NCBI GenBank assembly: GCA_030248215.1
Contig: JASANG010001013.1
Location: forward strand, 310,001 to 374,000
Origin: Enoplolaimus lenunculus
Taxonomy: Eukaryota
Direction: 5' to 3'
DNA length: 64,000 bases
Each line of letters begins with the position of its first letter. Position 1 is the stretch's first letter. Of this stretch, positions 25,651-38,400 are shown in pieces. Both the position numbers and the translations under genes were made by a program. The notes beneath the pieces were generated by a model. It made no database searches. It was given only the letters and a program-made list of their open reading frames with translations, and had not been told where the DNA came from.

Positions 25651-25780
25651 TATCTTTCGGAGAAGTTTAGGAGAAAAATCAAATATATTCGCAGTACTTC
25701 GGAGGAAGGGGTCGTCCCGACCGTGCAGTTCTGACACTGCGAATATACATGGTTTTTCCCCTAAGTTTCTCCGAAACTTA

Positions 25781-26175
25781 TGGCCATGCTGGGAATCGAA
25801 CCTTGGACGTCTCGTTCGCGAGTCTAGCGCGCTACCCATTACACCACGCGGCCGATAGTTAGAACTGCACGGTCGGGACGACCCTTTTCCTTGAAGTACT
25901 GTGAATATACATGCTTTTCCTCAAAATTTCTCCGAAACTTATGGCCACGACGGGAATCGAACCTCGGACGTATCGCTCGCGAGTCTAGCGCGCTACCCAT
26001 TACACCACGCGGCCGATAGTCAGAACTGCACGGTCGGGACGACCCCTTTCCTTGAAGTACTGCGAATATACATGATTTTCCTCTTAATTTCTCCGAAAGA
26101 TATGGCCACGCCGGGAACCGAACCTCGGAACTCTCGCTCGCGAGTTAAGCGCGCTATCCATTACACCGCACGGCC
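25781..26175 (-). ncRNA. Three tandem tRNA-like cassettes (25781-25853, 25942-26014, 26103-26175)
   Basis: Reverse-complement copies of the LTR cassette at a 161-bp period. Confidence 0.7.
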
Positions 26176-26421
26176 GATATCATAATTTCCTCTGGTGCTA
26201 TATGTGCACGAGTATGTATGTGTCTTAACATTACGCACTCTGCACATATACAAGCTTCACCGCGTACACTCACACCGATGCTTAGCATCAGCAGAGGTTC
26301 GGTTTGCTTTCATATAACCGTATGTCATAAGGCACTCGAACCAAGCATATATACTGGATTTATATTATTTTTTCGTGTTTTCAGCTAATCTATTTTAGAG
26401 CAGTTATAGAATATTTCAAAA

Positions 26422-29400
26422 ATGCCAACAGCCGTTGTCGACAATAATGCACCGCGACCGCGTATGTGTCATATTCGTAAAGCGTTTGAAGGCGAAGATT
26501 ACGGTTTCAATTTACACGCTGATCGAGAACTCGGTATACAATTTATCGGAAAAGTCGACCCAGATAGTCCAGCAGAGCGTTGCGGGCTTCGTACTGGTGA
26601 CCGTATCATTGCAGTAAATGACCAGTTGATCGAAGGCGAAGAGCATCCAACGGTAGTCTCGCGGATTCGTGAAAATCCACTCGAAACAAATCTGTTTGTT
26701 ATCGATGAAATCAGTTTCAAATGGTACACAGATCGGTTTATTCCATTAACCATTGATATGCCAAACATTGAGTATTGTGGCGGTGATCGCGCGGCCTCGG
26801 TAGCGTATGCAACAGTTACAAAAACGAATGGGTCTCACGTATACGCAGGATTACAGGATGAGCATCGGCGTAATTATAGCCAGGACGAATCGTCCACACA
26901 TAGCTATCGAAGCGATAAATTTCAGGGTCACGATCATTTCGAGTCAAGAATTGAACAAGAGCACAACAGCCATTTAGATCCGAGTGTGGTGCACTCGCAC
27001 GAACGGTATAGATATGGCGATAGCGAACCTGATATAGAGAAGCGGCCTATGATTCCGCCGCCTGATTATAATGACGACCCTACACAGGTTGGAGGACAAG
27101 CTTTGTTTATACTTGTTGGATAGATGTTTGTAACTTGTGAATACATATTTTTGATAGATTATTCAATTATGTTTTGAGTAAGCTAAGTGTTTATGCTAAG
27201 TGCATTTTTTCTCCATGTTAATGTTAATATTGTTTACACTTCTAAATCTCTCCCCGGAATAGCTTGCGTGAATATCCGCACGATAGAAACATAGAATATA
27301 TGTCTGGCTTCTCCACAGCTTGAAAATTTCCGCCGGGGGGGGGCGTTTCCTGGGGGCCCCCAGGAGTTTCCTGGGGGGCAGCTAATTTTGCTGAGGGGCA
27401 GTTTCCTGGCCCCCCCAGATGATCTGGGGGGTCCTGGGGGGCAGGCTTAAAATTTTGCAAGCCGACTTTTTGGACCATTTTTTATTCTAGATCTTGTTTC
27501 CAACTCAACTGATGATTACTCATCGCTCAACTTGACAAAAATTCCCTGCAAACGCTAATAACATTAATTTTAACTAATATTCCTCACAACTTTACCACAA
27601 GTTGAAAGAAGCACAATTATATAAAATATAGATAATCTATAATTGAAACTGTGATTAACATATATTCCATATATTAGTCACAGCTTCAGTTTATCATATG
27701 GCTCAGGCGGGTTGAACTTGTTGCTGCAAGGTGCTTTCGAATGCTGTATGCCCTGAAACGGTCTTTATATAATTGTGCTTTTTTCAGTTCATTATTGAAT
27801 TGTACTAGTTACTACCGGTATTTGTAACGCTATTAAAAATTATAAGTACTCAGCGTAATATAAAATCACATTTTGCCGAATGTCCGCCTCAAAAAAAGTC
27901 CAGGTCTTTATGTTTTAACATTGAAAATTTTTGGCTTAGAAAAGTTCTCCCCCCCCCAGCAAAAAAATTTGCTGGGGGGCGGGCGAAAATTCGTCGGGGG
28001 CCTTTCCGGGGGGCGGCAAAATTTTCGCCGGGGGAAAATGAAAATTTCGAAAAGTGCTGGCCCACCCCCGCTGTGGAGAAGCCAGTATGTATAGAATGGC
28101 GAAGTGGCGATGACTGTTTCAGTATTATGTTTATATACTTGTTTGAACGATTGAGACAAAATTTTTAACCCGATATGTACATTATATATTAACTAATTGA
28201 AATTAACCAATGTAATCTGTATATATTTAACATTAGTTGATTTTAGGACATTCATGACAATAATTCTGGTCAGGCACACCTACATTTCCATCATCATCAC
28301 CATGACAGCAATGTTGGATCAGAGCCAACACCAAAACCACGCTTGTGTAAATTGCGTAAACATAACGAAACCGATGAATATGGTTTCAATCTGCATGTGG
28401 AACCTGGACGAGTAAGTGACGTCATTGCTGTCCATTGGTACTCTGGAAGATTGCTGCTAGGGGTAGGGCACCCCCTAGATAACAGATAAATTTATATGTC
28501 AGGGGTTATTGGATATCCGTTTCCGGTGTTTTTTGGTATCCGATCGCACTCTGTATATATGCTATATATAAACCTGCCGGATACCGGATATTTACAATCG
28601 CGGTCCGATTATCATAAAGCTGGTTTTTACCTGCTTGCATATTTAACATCTTGTTAAGATTGCATTTCCAGACAAGTCAGGTAGCGCAAATTTTTCACAC
28701 TGATGTAAAAATATTCAGTCCATTGTATTTGGGCGATTTAAATACTTCACAAAGTGCAAAATGTCTAGGACTGCTTATAGATTGATAGAGTCACAGAGTT
28801 GATTCACTACTTGTTACCAAAAAATACATTTTTAACGCTATTTTATAGCTTTTAACGGTGTAAACAGACCCTTTAGGACGCCAAAATCCTGAACCAAATG
28901 CAGTAGGTTGAAACGTATATGGTAAATTATGAAGTGTGGCACAGATTGAATTGGCGATACACGATCAGAAAGTTTTATAAAAATAAGGGAAAATTCCGGT
29001 GAAAAAATACAGGATTTATTACAAAGTGAAAATACCAGATTTTTCTACCAAACCCCAGAATTGCGGTTGCACCGTGAATAGGAGTCATTATATGTATGTA
29101 AGTATTGTATTGTCTACATGACGTGCTACCCAGCAAAATTCTTTTAGTACTGTCGACAATTTTTCAAATAGGGGTTGTGAAGATGTTCATTCTGCGGCGT
29201 CGCCACGCGTCGACTTCGCCCTGTTTTCGTGATAAAATGGTAAGCTCCCTACCTTTCAATTTTTACCTCTCAGTAATTTTTTTGTAAAGAAATACAATTT
29301 TCACTCAGATTTTTTTGTGATAAATTGGTAAGCTCCCTCTTACTGTACAATTTTTGCGTTTCGTAACACTTGCCAAGCCGCCACCTTCCGTCAGAATTTT

Positions 29401-32400
29401 TTTGATCCGCCTCTGTGTCTTGTAAATATTTCGATGATTTTATCCTTGTGTGTAACGATATGACTGTGCTGTTCTATGTGTATATATATTTAGGCTTAAT
29501 ATCGTAATCTGATTGAACTTTTTGTGAGTAATAAAACGCTTTCAAAGTATCTGTTGTATTACTAAGCTAAACAAATTAAACATTGATATTGTTTGGAAAT
29601 TCAATTTTATAGCTTAAATTTGAATCATAAGATGTAGTTGTGTTAAAAATAACATATAACTGTAATTATATGTTGAAGCGTTGCCCGGTGGAGGGTGTTG
29701 GGGCGCATAAACCCCGCCAAATATATGGACTAAAATTTTATTCTGACCCGTTTTACTACTGAATAGTATTACGGAACCAGAAAGGATCAATTAATATTAG
29801 TAGTCCATACCCGCATATAAAGGGCAATTGAAAATCCTGGCTATGCGCCTGTCTATGCTTTAGCGTACCGATAATATACCGGTGGCTGTTTTTCAGGAGG
29901 GGCTGGGCAATCATTTGGTTCACAAATAACTTTAATGTTCCTAATTTATAAGAATATTGGGTTGGTTTCAAAAACTGCTTCTGTCATATGTTGGATGTAT
30001 GCCCAAGGTTTTCGCCTAACTGCGGATAGGAACAGCTGATTCTGAGTTATCACCCCCACAAGGTTGATATGCGACTGAATGCCTGTGTTTATGCTTAGTT
30101 GTTTAGTCATAGGACGTCAAAGGATCGCTTTGTAGCTAAAAATGCTTGTTTTGTGCATATAACTTCAGCGTGATTGGTTATCTTTAGTGCTTCGGTCGAA
30201 ACTTTATGGTTTCTGTTAGTGTGATTAAGGTTGTGCCAGAACGGTTTGCTGTTTGTGATTTAAATATTGTGGTCCAGGTTTTCGGGTTTCTACGTAATAA
30301 AGTATATTTTCAATGGGTTCTAGGGCCCATATTGTCAAATGTGTATAGCAACTATCATCAGTTAGTAGTAGCTTTCCAAACTGACGAAACTGTTGCAGTT
30401 TGTTGTTGAAATCAAAATTTGTACAGAAGTACAGCAGATCATTATGTAAAAAATGTGCTGAATTTTGAAGCTAATCACTCATTGGTTCGAAAATTATAAG
30501 GAACACTCACTGGTTCGAAAATTACAAGGCCTATCACCAATTGGTGATCGGTGCTGCACACATTTGAGAATACTGGCTTAGATCTTAGTTTATATACACA
30601 TATATAATGGAAATATTTTATTTCGTTAACTTGTGAATTGTAAAATTTTGTCGCGGAAATTTTTCGAGTTGAAATTCGGGTTGAGCTTGAAAATGTAATA
30701 TTCGTTTAAATTCGGTTCAACGGTTGTGGCATTTTTAATTTTGCTACGTATATAGCAAGGTGCAACCGGAATTCCGGTTCCGGCATTTTTTCACTTTCCG
30801 GCACCGTTTCCGGTATATTTTTACCGGAATTAAAAATCCCGGCATTAAATTTTGGTGAGTGGAAATTTAGATATTTTACTAAAAGAAAAATTACATATCA
30901 TTAGTATAGCATATAAACCTTGACAATCGACGAAAATAAACCATCGAAGGTAGATTTCGCTTCCGTGGATTATGAAAATCTAAAATACAACAGATAAAGT
31001 GTAGTGCATACCTGCCTCCAGCTAAGGGTGATTTCACCAATAATATTGCAAAAAAGAAAATTTAAATGAGTTTTTCGGTGGTATGTATTTTTCATTTTTG
31101 GGTTCCGCTAAATTGTAATTCCGGTTGCACCGTGGTATATAGCGTGGTTTGCAAAACTCAGTATGCTCAGCGACTTATTATATTATCGAGTGCCCGCTGC
31201 GATCAATAGTAAATATGTAGAACGGTTTCCGATTATTTTTCTTTGTGTCATTTGCGTTTCACTTAGCATTTCGATGCGAAAAACGTTTTTCAACTTGGTA
31301 TAATCATCTGCGCCTTAATTTGCTTAAAAGCCCATTGTTCCATTCGAAATAGTTAATATTTTAATTCTACTGCACTAATTTTGAATTTGGGTAGAATATT
31401 ATACTTAAGTATATATCGATAAACACCTGGCTTGTTGTTGCCTAGTTTGTATGCGTATAGCTAAACGGTTAAACGCGTAGGTTTTGGCTTATAAACAAAT
31501 GTCCCGAGTTTATAAGAACACCGGTCATTTGATTTTATATGGGGAGACGTTTTTGTGTTTTTTTTCTAAGACGGGAATGTTTAGTTTTCTCGCGCGCCAG
31601 GGATGGCCGGTCTCGGTAAGTCTCGGGATTTGACCGGTCTCGGTAAATCTCGGGATTTGGCCGGTCTCGGTAAATCTCGGGATTTGGCCGGTCTCGGTAA
31701 ATCTCGGGATTTGGCCGGTCTCGGTAAGTCTCGGGATTTGGCCGGTCTCGGTAAGTCTCGGGATTTGACTGGTCTCGGTAAGTCTCGGGATTTGACTGGT
31801 CTCGGTAAGTCTCGGGATTTGACTGGTCTCGGTAAGTCTCGGGATTTGACTGGTCTCGGTAAGTCTCGGGATTTGACTGGTCTCGGTAAGTCTCGGGATT
31901 TGACTGGTCTCGGTAAGTCTCGGGATTTGACTGGTCTCGGTAAGTCTCGGGATTTGACTGGTCTCGGTAAGTCTCGGGATTTGACTGGTCTCGGTAAGTC
32001 TCGGGATTTGACTGGTCTCGGTAAGTCTCGGGATTTGACTGGTCTCGATAAGTCTCGGGATTTTACTGGTCTCGGTATCGCTTTCGCTTTTTTTGACCGA
32101 AACCGCCCATCCCTGCTGCACGCTAGTGTAAATTTGATTAAAACCAAAAGGTTTTGCCACATTGCTATTTATTATTTTTCTACACTTAGCGTCTTAGGCG
32201 AGACGTAAGCTTAAACCTCAGTCTACTAATAATCTAGTTATGATGTGTGGGAAACGTTTCGTGAGAATGTGAACAGGTACCACATCAGACACGTGTGTAG
32301 CGTAGATCACGAGAATTACAACTTAGAGACGGAATACGGAAAGTTTGTAATTGTTTTTCTGCGTGAGTTTGTAACGAAAAAATTATTGGATTGTTGATCA

Positions 32401-35400
32401 GATCGGCGACGAGGACAGTCACAAATGCGTACCATTCGTAAAAAATGTTGCACCGTTTGTCACGTTTAACGATTGTTAGCAAACAAAATATTGTTTGTTT
32501 TGGATTGTTTTGAAAATGTAAAACTTTGAATCACACAAAGTAGTATCTTCTATCCCCGATAACTCCTGCGTCGGTAAAAGTTTACAGTGAAAATAATATG
32601 AAAATGTTATAAATCATTGTTGTTTTGTTGTTATTTTAGGGTCAATTTATTGGTAAAGTAGACGCAGATTCAATTGCGCAGCGTGCTGGACTTGAAAAAC
32701 AACAGCGTGTAGTTGGCATTAATGGAACATTGATTTATCCGGAAACCGAACGAAAGGTAAGCCATTAGATAGAAAAGCGATTTATCCAGGTTCTGCAGGT
32801 TTAATTGTAATTTTAACTCGTTCCATGCGCTACGTAATAGCGTATGTGTATCCTACCGGTGCTGGAGGCTGAATAAATTGTTCAATAAAGTTTCTATTTT
32901 TGATTACGGGCACCGCAAGGATATTTCTAAATGCTAAAGGCGTTTGTTGAAAAGATTGTTTGAGTTGCGAAGGGGCCATTGTACCATATGGCGTGCCGTG
33001 CGGATGGTCGGCTCCGTTGCTCGTAACCGCTGAGCTACTCAGCTGTGTTGTAGTCCATTGTTATCGTCGTCATGAGAAAAGGGTCAATGAAAAAAGTGAG
33101 TTCGGAAACTAAAATCGAGACAATGCGCACGCGAAGTTTAAAACTATTTGTGACCCCGCTTGTAGGTTGCCGGAAAACTTAAAATATCAGCGTATGGTTT
33201 CAGGACCATTTCCAAACATTTCGGAAAGACTGGTGATATTTTGTCGTATAAAATATAGTAGGAGAATATCTTGTGTTACAATATTACTGACAATGCTCGT
33301 AAACGAACATCACATAGGAGGTTGGTTGATGCCAGAGTGAGACCGGATATCCGGATTCGGTTTAATATTCGGCAAAAAACTGATATCCGTATTTGGTTTC
33401 GGTATCCGGTATAACACGATCAGATGCCGGATATTTACGGGTGTGGTTGTTAATATAAAAAAACTGCCTTTTACAAGTGAACATGTTTAGCATTTTGCTG
33501 CGAATACAAAGGTGTGACCGGATATCCGGCTCCGGCTCGTGCAAAAAATCGACATCCAGCTCCGGCTCTGGTATTTTAACTTGCCGGATGTTATTTTTAA
33601 AAAATTCGAAACATTTATACCATCATTCGTATTTATGACAAGTACAATCGAAATCGAACTGATTGACTTACTTTTACATATTTTTTCTAACGCATGTAAC
33701 GTATGTTTGCATGTGACCGTGTACATTCTCAGTGTGTATTGGGTTGCAATAACGCTGGAAACCCTGAACTTTTAATTATGAATTTTATAACAGACAAAAA
33801 CCTTGAGCATATAAAAAATACAGCGAAAAATAAATTAATTTGACATATGATCCGGTGTCCAGTTCCTGTTCCGGTAAAAAATTCATTATCTGTATTCGAT
33901 TTCGGTATCCGGTAAATTAATATCCGGTCGCACCCTGGTTGATGCTGCTTGGATTTGTATAGATATTTTCAGAAAGAAATGTTGTTTGTTGTTGTGGATT
34001 AATATGTATTTTAGGAAGTAATTGCTTTGATCAAAATCGATCCAATGAGTACCGATTTGCTGACTGTAACACCCGAAGTTGAATCGTGGTACAAAGAGAA
34101 CAACCGCGAGTTTAGCTTTGACGACGCGGAAACGTATAATCTGGCAACAGGGCAGGTAATGTGTTTTGTTTTTTATACGCTCCCGCTAAGTAGTATTAGC
34201 TATGTAGTTTTAAGTCATGAAAATTTATTAAACAGAGTTATTTGTATCAGTACATGTATTGAAGTGATGTAACATAAAAGAGATGTCATGGGAAATGCGT
34301 AGTTGGTGCTAAACAAACAATATTTGAATGAGTTTTAATACAGTATAGTTTCGACTCGCAGGATGTGTAAGTCTTGGCTGTATTGATTCATCTATGTATC
34401 ATCTGAACACAGAAATACATATATAGCTTTGTGACCTGAAGATCTAAGAAAAAAATTGCAACTCCTGTATTATGAATTGCCGGAAATTTATCGCTGAAAA
34501 TTATTGTCATAACGTAATTCCATATGAAACTACTCATTTATGTGTAAAGTCGCAACAGTTCGAAGTGAACTGTAAGCGAATTGCGTTATATACAAATTGA
34601 ACGTAATTTTTGTTGCGTACTTTTCGGTAGATTGTTGTTTAAATTCGTAACGTTGGCGTTGCACCTTATTATTATGTAATATATAATATATATAATATAT
34701 ATGTATATGTATATATATGTGTAGTTACTTGTTAGCTATCCATCATGGCTTGCCTGGTTCTCTGTTAATAGAAGTATTTGTAATTATCCTATTATTATAT
34801 TTAATCAATCATTCCTATTTTGTGTAATAACTTTAATGATTTTGCTCGCAGCGTAGTTTCTCATTTCTTGGTATAAAAATTCTGCTAAAATTTTATAATA
34901 TTTTCTGTGCAATTTATGGCAGTGGTGTGTAAGCCGCGTTGTAGTGCTTGTTTGATATCTGTCTCGAAAGTTATAAAAATTCGGCCATTTCTGTATTAAG
35001 AGCAGTTGTGCAAATAAAAGCTTATCGAGGCGGAAAATGTTTTGTTGAATCAAAGAATTAAAATTTAAATTTTAGTGTGAATTTTAAATTTTGGTGAATG
35101 TTGTGGAAATTGAAAAATTGGATTGAAACAATATGAGTGGAATCGCATATTACTAGTATAAGGGAACGGTTTTGAACGGATGTTTATTTGTATATGCAAG
35201 TGTCACAAACACCTATTTCTACATGTGTGTCACAGGGTGGTCTCAAACACAAGGATGTTGCCAGGGGGAAAGGGCGCCGCTCCCCCTGAGACTGCGTTCG
35301 TTCCTGAGCTGAGTGAACATTTGAGTACCAGCTTCAACGTCTGTCATTGGAGATTACAGATAAAACATGGGTTTGTGTTGCAATTTTACTGTGATGTTCT

Positions 35401-38400
35401 GGCGTAAACGTGTAAAAATTAGAAATAATTTCAGAAAGCACGTTTTTAACCTGTTGCTTGCAGTCTGTAGCACAATGAATTATTACGGTTTTGTTTGTAG
35501 ATAGCACATAACGGCAGCGAATCTGTTGTTATTGCGTCGAACGGTAATTCAGACGACCAATCCTCCTGTGGCGAACAAGGAACTTCTGACGAACGAATAA
35601 TGAATATTTATAAACAACAACAGCAGCAGCAACAACAACACCACCACCACCAACAACAACAACAACCAACTGTAGTTTCAACGTTTACGTACGTTGCACC
35701 TGAAAAAAGCCCAAGTGTACACAATGAAGAAACCTCTGAGATACTAATTAATCGACAATCGAGTTCTCAAAGGTCAACTGAAGGACACTATTACAGCGAT
35801 GAGGCGCGTTGCGGGACGATGTTGTACCATGTTGACCCTACAAGAGCGCAGTCGAGTTGCGATAGTCGCCAAACGAACTCGTGGTTTGATGGGCGAACGG
35901 CGCAGACGGCTGGAGACCGTGATCGAGAAGGGCTGAAACGATGGGAGGGATCGCAGGTACGGACCCAGAAGGAAGAGGGTGGGGCAGAATGGGATGGGAT
36001 GAGGAGCAGAAGCGGATGTGGGCCAAGCAATGTTTATGTCGGTTGTGGATCTGGGTTGAAGGATGTCAAAACCTAGGCACAAAACATAGTAATCATTAGG
36101 TGGGGGTAGACATATATTTGAACTTTAAGGAGCGTACAAAGAATGCGTGTATCTCGCCAAATTGCAGAAGGAAAGAGGAATTAGGCAAGTTTACTGACTT
36201 CCGTAGAATAGAATATGATTTTTTTTGTATTTTATAAATTCGAAAACTACTCCCAATCTGTGCTGGCTTCGGCAACATCTCTTATTTTTGCTTCAAATTG
36301 CAGATTCTAAAACACCGTTTCTATCCAGTTTTGGTTTTGCGTGTAAATTTGTTGAGTTGTTAGGATAGTTGGAAAACTGACGAAAAACCAAAAGTTTTTT
36401 AAGCGTTATCTGCGATTTGACTAAGGATGATGTTCTACGAGGCAGGACACGTTTTATGGTTCGTATGCCGTGTCAGGTAACGCCCACTGAACTAAATTCA
36501 TTAAGGGGGTTGGTTTAATAACCTTGCTTGCGTCCCCTCAGTTTGAACTGGTATTCGTTTACGAGCTTGCTTTTTGGCTTTAAGGATGGGATGTGAGTCT
36601 GAGGGTGGCGTAATGGTACATTTAAGTTTTAAGACATTAGGTCAATGGAAAACCGTGTAAAAAAGGTTTATTTTTGCAATATGTTTAGAAAGTTTCGGGG
36701 GGACTGTGTATATGTTTTGTAAGTAATAGATTACGTGCTATTGTGTATATAATTAGTCAAAAAGTATATGCGTGGAAAAATGCTATTAACTGAATTGTAG
36801 CTTGCTTATCTAAAACGTAGAAATTTGTATAATGGACTGGGGGTGATTATAATTTTTGTTAGTGCAGAGTATAAAATATTATATAATACTAGAATGAAAA
36901 GTGCCCCGATGTGGCCATAGAAAACGATATGTTTCGGTAGTAAGATTTTTAGTTCAATACCGCTAGTATTACAATTTCCATGCATGCGTATAAAGTTTAA
37001 AAACTAGATTAATTTGATGCCAATCAGCGTCCTCCCGAAACACGACACAACAATACTATAGAATTAATAAAAGTTAAATCATTGAGTTTGATTGACTGCG
37101 TAACGGAAACATATCCGCAACTTTCTCTGACAGCGGCCAAATAGACATGTGATCCACTGTTTCGAAATATTAAAACAAGAAATAAATACTAGAATATAAA
37201 TGACGAATTATGGTTGATGTAAAAAATTTGAGTACACACTCGTGACATTAGTTTCTTGCACTTAGTACACTGAAGTTTCGAATATATACAGAAAAATTTT
37301 GGGTTTTAAAAAGAGTATATAAGTAGAAATTAAGCGTAAAAGGCTGGTGACCCAATATTAAAAACGTGTTTGTTCGTCAATTGGCTCAATGTAAAGAACA
37401 GGAGCGGATCAGTATTATAAGCATATTCCTAATCCTAAGCCTAAGCATAAGCGTTAGCATGAGCATATTCCTAAGCCTTAAGCATATTCCATTCTAGTCC
37501 CGCAGAAAAACGTTCCGCCCCTGATCTTTACATTGGCCGTCATTGGAGTACAACGCAGATCTCGTCAGCAAAGTTGCAAATATTGTTTCGCTACGTACTC
37601 ACTCAAATATTTTAATGTTTTAAAAGTCTAAAATCTGGGTACCGTTTAGCCAAGTATGGAGAGGGCACTGTACGGTACAAAATTTATACAGCTCCAAAAC
37701 TTGATGCGTTATCGTTTTCTATAGCCTCGTCGGGACACTTTACTATCTATTGTGACTTTTCTCCGAAAAAGTTGCAGATATGTTTCCGTTACGCAGTCAA
37801 TCAAACTCAATGATTTAACTTTTATTAATTCTATAGTATTGTTGTGTCGTGTTTCGGGAGGACGCTGATTGGCATCAAATTAATCTAGTTTTTAAACTTT
37901 ATACGCATGCATGGAAATTGTAATACTAGCGGTATTGAACTAAAAATCTTACTACCGAAACATATCGTTTTCTATGGCCACATCGGGGCACTTTTCATTC
38001 TAGTTTCTAAGCTTTAGGAAGAAATTTAATGTAAATTTACCTTAAGTGCGAAAAAGTCAAATTTAAAGTCATATATACTCACGTTATAATTGTTTTAGAA
38101 CTGTTAAGCTATATTTCCATAGAAAATTAGAAACTACATTTTCACAATCACAAGAGTCGCGCTTTCCTAATTTTATTTTTATTTATTAGGTAACTCGCTC
38201 AATTTATAATGCTAATATATTTTAATTCATATAAATTGTTTGAATTCAAATAGAAAATCAATACAATTGATAAGTACTTGCTCTAGTGAAAACTGATTTT
38301 ATGCTGCATAGTAGTGTAGAACCAATACATCGGTATCGGTATTGTAATCGGTATTTTGGAAGAATACTGATTCCGATACTTTCAATTTTGTATTGCACAC

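Larger units (their letters stand above)
25135..25736 (+). mobile_element. Miniature non-autonomous LTR retrotransposon (TRIM) whose LTRs contain tRNA-like cassettes
   Basis: 253-bp LTRs 25135-25387 and 25484-25736 (TGT...ACA, about 3 differences); PBS TGGAGGTCCCACCGAGA; PPT GAAGAAGGGGGAA; 96-bp internal region; perfect TSD CTGCG. Confidence 0.92.
25088..26274 (-). mobile_element. Solo-LTR-like copy of the tRNA-LTR TRIM family with a triplicated 161-bp tRNA-like module; host of the nested TRIM
   Basis: TG...CA ends, flanks CCGGT/CCGAT (5-bp TSD, 1 mismatch); sequence is the reverse complement of the TRIM LTR, with the tRNA-like module repeated three times. Confidence 0.8.

Noticed and set aside
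25229..26175. Cluster of five functional tRNA-Ala(CGC) genes
   Set aside because: T-stem and anticodon-stem mismatches, and every copy is embedded in LTR sequence, so they are treated as Pol III promoter cassettes
24989..26185. Overlapping ORFs of 60-160 aa in the TRIM region
   Set aside because: Chance open frames across repeated GC-rich LTR sequence; no gag/pol motifs
31525..32208. Repeat proteins (TETSQIPRL)n, (PRPVKSRDL)n and similar
   Set aside because: Translations of a 27-bp intronic minisatellite that is open in several frames
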